A stretch of 50,918 nt of DNA from Patescibacteria group bacterium (GTDB lineage: Bacteria > Patescibacteriota > CPR2 > UBA1875). The stretch covers positions 1 to 50,918 of the forward strand of contig JAQVJW010000003.1 in NCBI GenBank assembly GCA_028694925.1. The letters run 5' to 3'. The notes under the pieces are model-generated. The model had not been told where the DNA came from. It ran no database searches and saw only the letters and a program-made list of their open reading frames with translations. Positions 46,034 to 50,918 of the stretch are shown here, piece by piece (positions within the stretch are counted from its first letter, which is position 1; each line of letters begins with the position of its first letter). Position numbers and translations under genes: made by a program.

Positions 46034-46419
46034 TGGCAAGGATATCCGGTGTAAATCTACCGAGTGATAAAAGGGTTGAGGTTGGCCTTACATATATTTA
46101 TGGTATTGGCCTCTCAACCGCTCAGAAAATCCTTAAAACTACCGGAGTAAATCCAGATACACGGGTCAAAGACCTTTCGGATGGTGAAGTAGGGAAGATA
46201 AGGGAAGCGATTGAGGGAAAAATTAAGGTTGAAGGAGACGTCAGGAGAGAAGTCACTCAAGATATTAAGCGACTAAAGGAGATTGGATCATATCGGGGCG
46301 CTCGTCACAGTGCCGGACTTCCTGCGCGGGGACAGCGGACCAAAACAAACGCTAGAACCAAAAGAGGGAAGAAGGTAACCGTTGGTTCCGGCAAAAAGAA
46401 AGCAATCGAGAAAACCTAA
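46033..46419 (+). CDS. rpsM: 30S ribosomal protein S13
   Basis: [33 protein letters not shown]. Confidence 0.99.
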   Translation: MARISGVNLPSDKRVEVGLTYIYGIGLSTAQKILKTTGVNPDTRVKDLSDGEVGKIREAIEGKIKVEGDVRREVTQDIKRLKEIGSYRGARHSAGLPARGQRTKTNARTKRGKKVTVGSGKKKAIEKT

Positions 46420-46437
46420 GGCAGTTAAAAGGTAAAT

Positions 46438-46830
46438 ATGGCAGAAGCAAAAAAGACAACAAGGAAAAAGAAGTCCAAGAAGAATATCGCCGAAGGTAAG
46501 GCATATATTAAGTCTACTTTTAATAATACGATTATTACCTTTACTGATGATGATGGTAACGTAATTGCATCATCCTCATCTGGTAAGCTTGGCTTCAAGG
46601 GTACCAGAAAATCTACTCCCTATGCGGCTCAGATGGCCGCTGAAGCGGCTTGCGAAGAGGCTAAATCACATGGGATTACAAAAGTTGATGTATTTGTAAA
46701 AGGGATTGGCTCTGGTAGGGAATCTGCGCTTCGGGCAATTTCTGCAAATGATATATATGTTGCGTCAATTAAAGATATTACCCCAGTACCACATAACGGG
46801 TGTCGGCCACCTAAACCAAAGAGGAATTAA
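46438..46830 (+). CDS. rpsK: 30S ribosomal protein S11
   Basis: [29 protein letters not shown]. Confidence 0.99.
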   Translation: MAEAKKTTRKKKSKKNIAEGKAYIKSTFNNTIITFTDDDGNVIASSSSGKLGFKGTRKSTPYAAQMAAEAACEEAKSHGITKVDVFVKGIGSGRESALRAISANDIYVASIKDITPVPHNGCRPPKPKRN

Positions 46831-46835
46831 GAGAA

Positions 46836-47453
46836 ATGGCAACTGATCCAAAATGCAGAAAATGTAGAAGAGAGCAAGAGAAACTCTTTCTTAAGGGCGA
46901 TAAGTGCTATACAAAATGCACCCTTGTTAAACGTAACTACGCTCCAGGGCAACACGGGCTTTCCCGTCGGGGCAAACCATCTGATTATTCGGTCATGCTT
47001 CGTGAAAAGCAAAAGGTAAAACGGATATATGGCCTTAGGGAGAGTCAATTTAAAAGCTACTTCGAGAAAGCCGCTCGAAAACAAGGCATTACTGGTGAAC
47101 TTCTGCTTTCAATCCTTGAATCACGGCTCGATAACACAGTATTTAGAATGGGCTTTGCTACATCAAGAGCCCAAGCAAGACAACTCGTAAGCCACGGTAT
47201 CTTTGCTGTTAATGGACGGAAGGTAGATATACCTTCAATCATCTTAAAGCCTGGTGATAAAGTAGCGGTCATTCCTGGGAAAAAGAAAAAGAAATACTTT
47301 GAAGATTTACTTGCCGCAAAGCCACGTGAGGATAATTCTTGGGTAAAGGTTGATCGCAAGAATCTCGCTGGGGAATTTGTTTCCGCTCCAATTAGAGAGC
47401 AGCTAGACCCAAGTATCAACGAACAGTTAATTGTAGAGTTCTACTCGAAATAA
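46836..47453 (+). CDS. rpsD: 30S ribosomal protein S4 (Zn-ribbon type)
   Basis: CRKCRRE...KC...C, LREKQKVK, LESRLDN, ARQLVSHG, IVEFYSK. Confidence 0.99.
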   Translation: MATDPKCRKCRREQEKLFLKGDKCYTKCTLVKRNYAPGQHGLSRRGKPSDYSVMLREKQKVKRIYGLRESQFKSYFEKAARKQGITGELLLSILESRLDNTVFRMGFATSRAQARQLVSHGIFAVNGRKVDIPSIILKPGDKVAVIPGKKKKKYFEDLLAAKPREDNSWVKVDRKNLAGEFVSAPIREQLDPSINEQLIVEFYSK

Positions 47454-47494
47454 TAAATAATAGCTTCGGAGGGATCCGAAGAAAAGGAGCCAAA

Positions 47495-48439
47495 GTGTTA
47501 CACGACATACATCTACCGGAACTAAAAAAAGTTAAAGAAGAGGGTAATAAAGGAACTTTTGAAATAGCTCCACTTTATCCTGGATATGGGATGACGTTAG
47601 GTAACTCGCTTCGAAGAGTTATTTTATCTTCTCTTCCTGGTGCGGCTGTTACCGCTGTTAAGATTACTGGTGCCCCTCATGAATTTTCAACCCTTCCAAA
47701 TGTTAAAGAAGATGTTATCGAAATTATCTTAAACTTGAAGCAACTTCGAGTAAAACTTCACTCAGACGAAGAGTTTATAAGCCTTTCGGCAAGTGGTAAG
47801 GGAAAGGTAACCGCTAAAGACATAAAAGGGAACCAAAATGTAGAGATTACAAACAAAGACTTACATATCGCAACCCTTGATAATGCTAAGGCCAAGCTTG
47901 ATATTGAAATCAAGGTCGAGAAGGGCCGAGGTTTTGTCCCAATCGAGAAAAGAGAAGGTGAGAAGCTCGGCGTTGGGATGATTGCCGTTGATGCTCTTTA
48001 TGCCCCAATCAAGAGGGTACGCTACAATGTCGAAAAGACTCGTGTTGGGCAAATGACCGACCTCGACAAACTAGTACTTGAGGTTGAGACCGATGGGACT
48101 GTTTCGGCTGAGGCTGCTATAAAGCAGGCCGCCGAGATCCTAGTTGATCACTTCCTTGTGATAACCGATAAAGAGACCGCAATCCGTAAAGAGAAGGTAG
48201 TTGAAGAGGAGATCGGTGATAATGCAGCAGCCGCGATCCTGATCGAGGAAGTTAATCTTTCACCTAGGACCACAAACGCCCTCCTTAATAATGAACTAAA
48301 GACGATCGATGATATCATCAAGCTTAATCTTACTGAGCTTAAGAACTTGAAAGGTTTTGGGGCTAAGGCTTTTGAAGAGATTCAAGATAAGATCAAAGAG
48401 CTTGGTTACGAGATAAAGGCAGGAGACGAAGAGGAATAA
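47495..48439 (+). CDS. rpoA: RNA polymerase alpha subunit
   Basis: PLYPGYGMTLGNSLRR, HEFST, alpha-CTD LSPRT...GFGAKA; GTG behind AAGGAG. Confidence 0.98.
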   Translation: MLHDIHLPELKKVKEEGNKGTFEIAPLYPGYGMTLGNSLRRVILSSLPGAAVTAVKITGAPHEFSTLPNVKEDVIEIILNLKQLRVKLHSDEEFISLSASGKGKVTAKDIKGNQNVEITNKDLHIATLDNAKAKLDIEIKVEKGRGFVPIEKREGEKLGVGMIAVDALYAPIKRVRYNVEKTRVGQMTDLDKLVLEVETDGTVSAEAAIKQAAEILVDHFLVITDKETAIRKEKVVEEEIGDNAAAAILIEEVNLSPRTTNALLNNELKTIDDIIKLNLTELKNLKGFGAKAFEEIQDKIKELGYEIKAGDEEE

Positions 48440-48942
48440 TGCACCGCAGGAGTTACAAAGGTCGAAAACTGAGTCGCAAGGCTCACTTAAGAAAATCTGC
48501 AATGCGTAGTCTTACTTCGCAGATTATTCTCTATGAGAAGGTCACAACGACCATTACAAAGGCCAAAGAGGTCCGGCCAATAATTGAGAAGTTCGTAACA
48601 AAAGCAAAGGTTGATTCTGTGGCAAGAAGAAGAGACGTGGCCAAATTCTTATCGGCAAACGACAAGGCCCTTGAAAAGCTTTTTGTTGAACTTGGGCCAC
48701 TCTATAAAGAGAGAAAAGGTGGTTATACCAGAATCACAAGAATAGGAGCCAGGCCTGGTGATAATACTGAAATGGCCGTTATCTCCCTTCTTGATACCGA
48801 AAAGCTAACGAAAAAAGAGATCACGAAGGAAAAAGAAAAGAAGGCCGAGAAGAAGGAGAAAAAAGAGACCAAAGCTCCTAAAAAGGGAGCAAAGACAGAT
48901 ACGAAGACTAAGAAAGAGACTAAAGCTAAGGGGAAAAAGTAG
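48439..48942 (+). CDS. rplQ: 50S ribosomal protein L17 with Lys-rich tail
   Basis: GRKLSR, TTITKAKE, R.GGYTRI, RPGD. Confidence 0.98.
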   Translation: MHRRSYKGRKLSRKAHLRKSAMRSLTSQIILYEKVTTTITKAKEVRPIIEKFVTKAKVDSVARRRDVAKFLSANDKALEKLFVELGPLYKERKGGYTRITRIGARPGDNTEMAVISLLDTEKLTKKEITKEKEKKAEKKEKKETKAPKKGAKTDTKTKKETKAKGKK

Positions 48943-48947
48943 GGAAG

Positions 48948-49382
48948 ATGGCAACAAATACTTACCAAATGAAGGATAGTGATAGAAAATGGCTCCTTAT
49001 AGACGCGAGTGGTCTTGTTTTGGGGCGGCTAGCGACCGAGGTAGCCAATCTCTTGAGAGGGAAGAATAAGGCGACCTATTCACCGAACGTAGATGGGGGA
49101 GAGAATATAGTTATTATAAACGCTCGTGAAGTAGCCCTATCAAAAGAAGAGAAGAAACTGCAAAAGACCTATTACCGGCATTCTGGGTATCCGGGAGGCA
49201 TCAAGAGCGAAACCTTCGAGGAAGCAATCGAGAAGCACCCAGAGCGGGTAATTGAGAAGGCTGTTCTTGGGATGCTCCCAAAGAACAAGCTAGCGAAAGA
49301 ACAGATGAAAAGGCTTCGGGTCTATGCCGGGAGCGAACATCCCCATACGCAAGAGTTAACTAAATACGAGGTAGGTAAGTAA
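48948..49382 (+). CDS. rplM: 50S ribosomal protein L13
   Basis: LGRLATEVA, YYRHSGYPGG, GMLPKN, YAGSEHPH. Confidence 0.98.
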   Translation: MATNTYQMKDSDRKWLLIDASGLVLGRLATEVANLLRGKNKATYSPNVDGGENIVIINAREVALSKEEKKLQKTYYRHSGYPGGIKSETFEEAIEKHPERVIEKAVLGMLPKNKLAKEQMKRLRVYAGSEHPHTQELTKYEVGK

Positions 49383-49774
49383 TGGCAGATAAATACTTTA
49401 ATGCAGTCGGTAGAAGGAAAGAGGCTTCAGCCAGGGTTAAGATAGTTCCTGGTAAGGGTCAATATACAATAAATGATAAATCCGATAAAGAATATTTTGG
49501 TGATGCTCGTCTTGAGGCAAGAATTAGAGAATCCTTAAAAATCCTCTCACTTGATACGAAATATGACGTTTTCGTAAAGGTTATTGGGGGTGGTAAGAGC
49601 GGTCAAGCCGATGCTATTAGGCACGGGATTGCAAGAGCCTTAGTATCAGAAGATGAGACCAGGAAACCAACCCTAAGAAAAGCCGGATATATTACAAGAG
49701 ACCCAAGAGCGAAAGAAAGAATGAAACCAGGATTAAAGCGCGCTCGTAAAGCGCCACAGTTCAGCAAGAGGTAA
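49382..49774 (+). CDS. rpsI: 30S ribosomal protein S9
   Basis: GRRKEA, GGGKSGQA.AIRHGIARAL, RKAPQFSKR. Confidence 0.99.
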   Translation: MADKYFNAVGRRKEASARVKIVPGKGQYTINDKSDKEYFGDARLEARIRESLKILSLDTKYDVFVKVIGGGKSGQADAIRHGIARALVSEDETRKPTLRKAGYITRDPRAKERMKPGLKRARKAPQFSKR

Positions 49775-49776
49775 GG

Positions 49777-49801
49777 AAAAGGTGCCATCTGGCACCTTTT
49801 T
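49777..49801 (+). terminator. Intrinsic terminator of the r-protein operon
   Basis: aaaaggtgcc-atct-ggcacc-ttttt. Confidence 0.85.
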
Positions 49802-49837
49802 GTTTTCTCGAGCTAGCTATTAAGGTATAATGCCTAT

Positions 49838-50918
49838 ATGGTTGAAAGCATTTTTATTGAACTTGGTCTTATTACAGTTGTTGCTCTAATAATTACTAGT
49901 ATTACCGTCAAGTTAAAACAGCCATTGATAATCGGCTATATTGTCTCTGGAATCATCTTAGGACCTAATCTCCTAAATATTACTCGTTCTAATGACGCTG
50001 TCTCTGCTTTTGCCCAAATGGGGGTTATTTTTCTGTTGTTTTTGGTTGGAATGAGCCTTAACCCCAAAATTATTAAAGATGTTGGGAAGGTCTCGCTAGT
50101 TACTGGTTTGGGCCAGATAATTTTTACTTCATTATTTGGTTTTGCCATTTCTATGGCCTTAGGCTTTTCAATGGTGGTCTCACTATACTTAGCTATTGCT
50201 CTAACATTTAGTAGTACCATTGTTATTATGAAAATCTTAACCGATAAAGAGGATGTAGATTCGGTTTATGGGAAGATTGCCATTGGTTTTCTGATCGTAC
50301 AAGATATTGTAGCTATGATTCTGCTTCTTGTTACCTCAGCACTGGGGACAGATTTTGAGTCTATTGGGTTATTGTCTCTAACCGTTGCCCTAAAATTGCT
50401 CTTGGCGATAATCATCTTGGGTTTTTTGGGATATTATCTTTTACCAAGAATGATGAAGCTTGCCGCAAGGTCACAAGAGTACTTACTTTTAGCCTCTATC
50501 GGTTGGGCTCTCATTGTAGCAATTGTCTTTCATCAGCTTGATTTTAGTATGGAGATTGGGGCACTTTTAGCAGGAATCGCTCTAGCCACTTCACCTTATC
50601 GTTTTGAGATCTCATCGAAATTAAAACCACTCCGGGACTTCTTTATCTTCATGTTTTTCATCCTTTTGGGGTCCCAGATGGTCTTTACCAATATCTCAGA
50701 AATTATTTTACCGGTTATTATCTTCTCTGCCTTTATCCTAATTGGTAACCCAATTATTGTGATGATTATTATGGGTATGCTTGGCTATACGAAGAAAAAC
50801 AGCTTTTTGGCGGGACTGACGGTGGCTCAGATAAGCGAATTCTCACTAATCTATATTGCGCTTGGAATATCGGTCGGTCATATAGGGGAAGAGGTATTGC
50901 CACTCGTTACAATTATCG
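49838..50918 (+). CDS. CPA2-family cation:proton antiporter (KefB/KefC-like), runs off the window end
   Basis: read manually: MVESIFIELG...KQPLIIGYIVSGIILGP...GVIFLLFLVGMSL...FSSTIVIMKIL...GFLIVQDIVA...LRDFFIFMFF...QISEFS; no stop before 50918. Confidence 0.9.
   Translation, partial: MVESIFIELGLITVVALIITSITVKLKQPLIIGYIVSGIILGPNLLNITRSNDAVSAFAQMGVIFLLFLVGMSLNPKIIKDVGKVSLVTGLGQIIFTSLFGFAISMALGFSMVVSLYLAIALTFSSTIVIMKILTDKEDVDSVYGKIAIGFLIVQDIVAMILLLVTSALGTDFESIGLLSLTVALKLLLAIIILGFLGYYLLPRMMKLAARSQEYLLLASIGWALIVAIVFHQLDFSMEIGALLAGIALATSPYRFEISSKLKPLRDFFIFMFFILLGSQMVFTNISEIILPVIIFSAFILIGNPIIVMIIMGMLGYTKKNSFLAGLTVAQISEFSLIYIALGISVGHIGEEVLPLVTII

Noticed and set aside
48780-48942. Lys/Glu-rich low-complexity tails on L17, L22, S5, L3 and acidic tails on RpoB/RpoC
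   Set aside because: Common unstructured extensions, with no exact DNA repeat or new domain.
1656-50220. Many short antisense or out-of-frame track ORFs inside housekeeping genes (e.g. 25332..25694, 29350..29796, 39270..39737, 41184..41591, 49936..50220)
   Set aside because: Shadow frames of well-conserved genes, with no SD, promoter or recognisable motif.

Overview
Core information-processing region of a Candidate Phyla Radiation (Patescibacteria)-type bacterium (inference: no rpmD/L30 between rpsE and rplO, compact overlapping genes, standard genetic code 11). Housekeeping order: radA, PIN/TRAM (YacL-like), mpg, a DedA/TVP38 protein and class A PBP (minus strand), tyrS, a PEP-utiliser His-domain protein, recG, an RsmD-like protein, tRNA-Leu(TAG), def, trxA, tig, clpP, rpoBC, rpsL-rpsG-fusA, tuf, rpsJ, the rest of the S10/spc/alpha cluster, rplM-rpsI and a 3'-truncated CPA2 antiporter. 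Five GC-rich inserts (about 170-1565, 13620-14520, 27500-28860, 30620-31170, 44690-45620) each have their own sigma70 promoter, structured leader, orphan micro-ORFs and terminator-like hairpin. The 13.6-14.5 kb insert is nearly wall-to-wall hairpins and may be a ~900-nt structured RNA. Several near-invariant catalytic motifs are altered: EF-G G4 NKxD->NKIN with G5 replaced, RNAP trigger-loop His->Asn, RpoB H526N-equivalent, TyrRS HIGR/KMSTS, and an RsmD homologue lacking both methyltransferase motifs. All calls come from reading the sequence; no database search or folding program was run.
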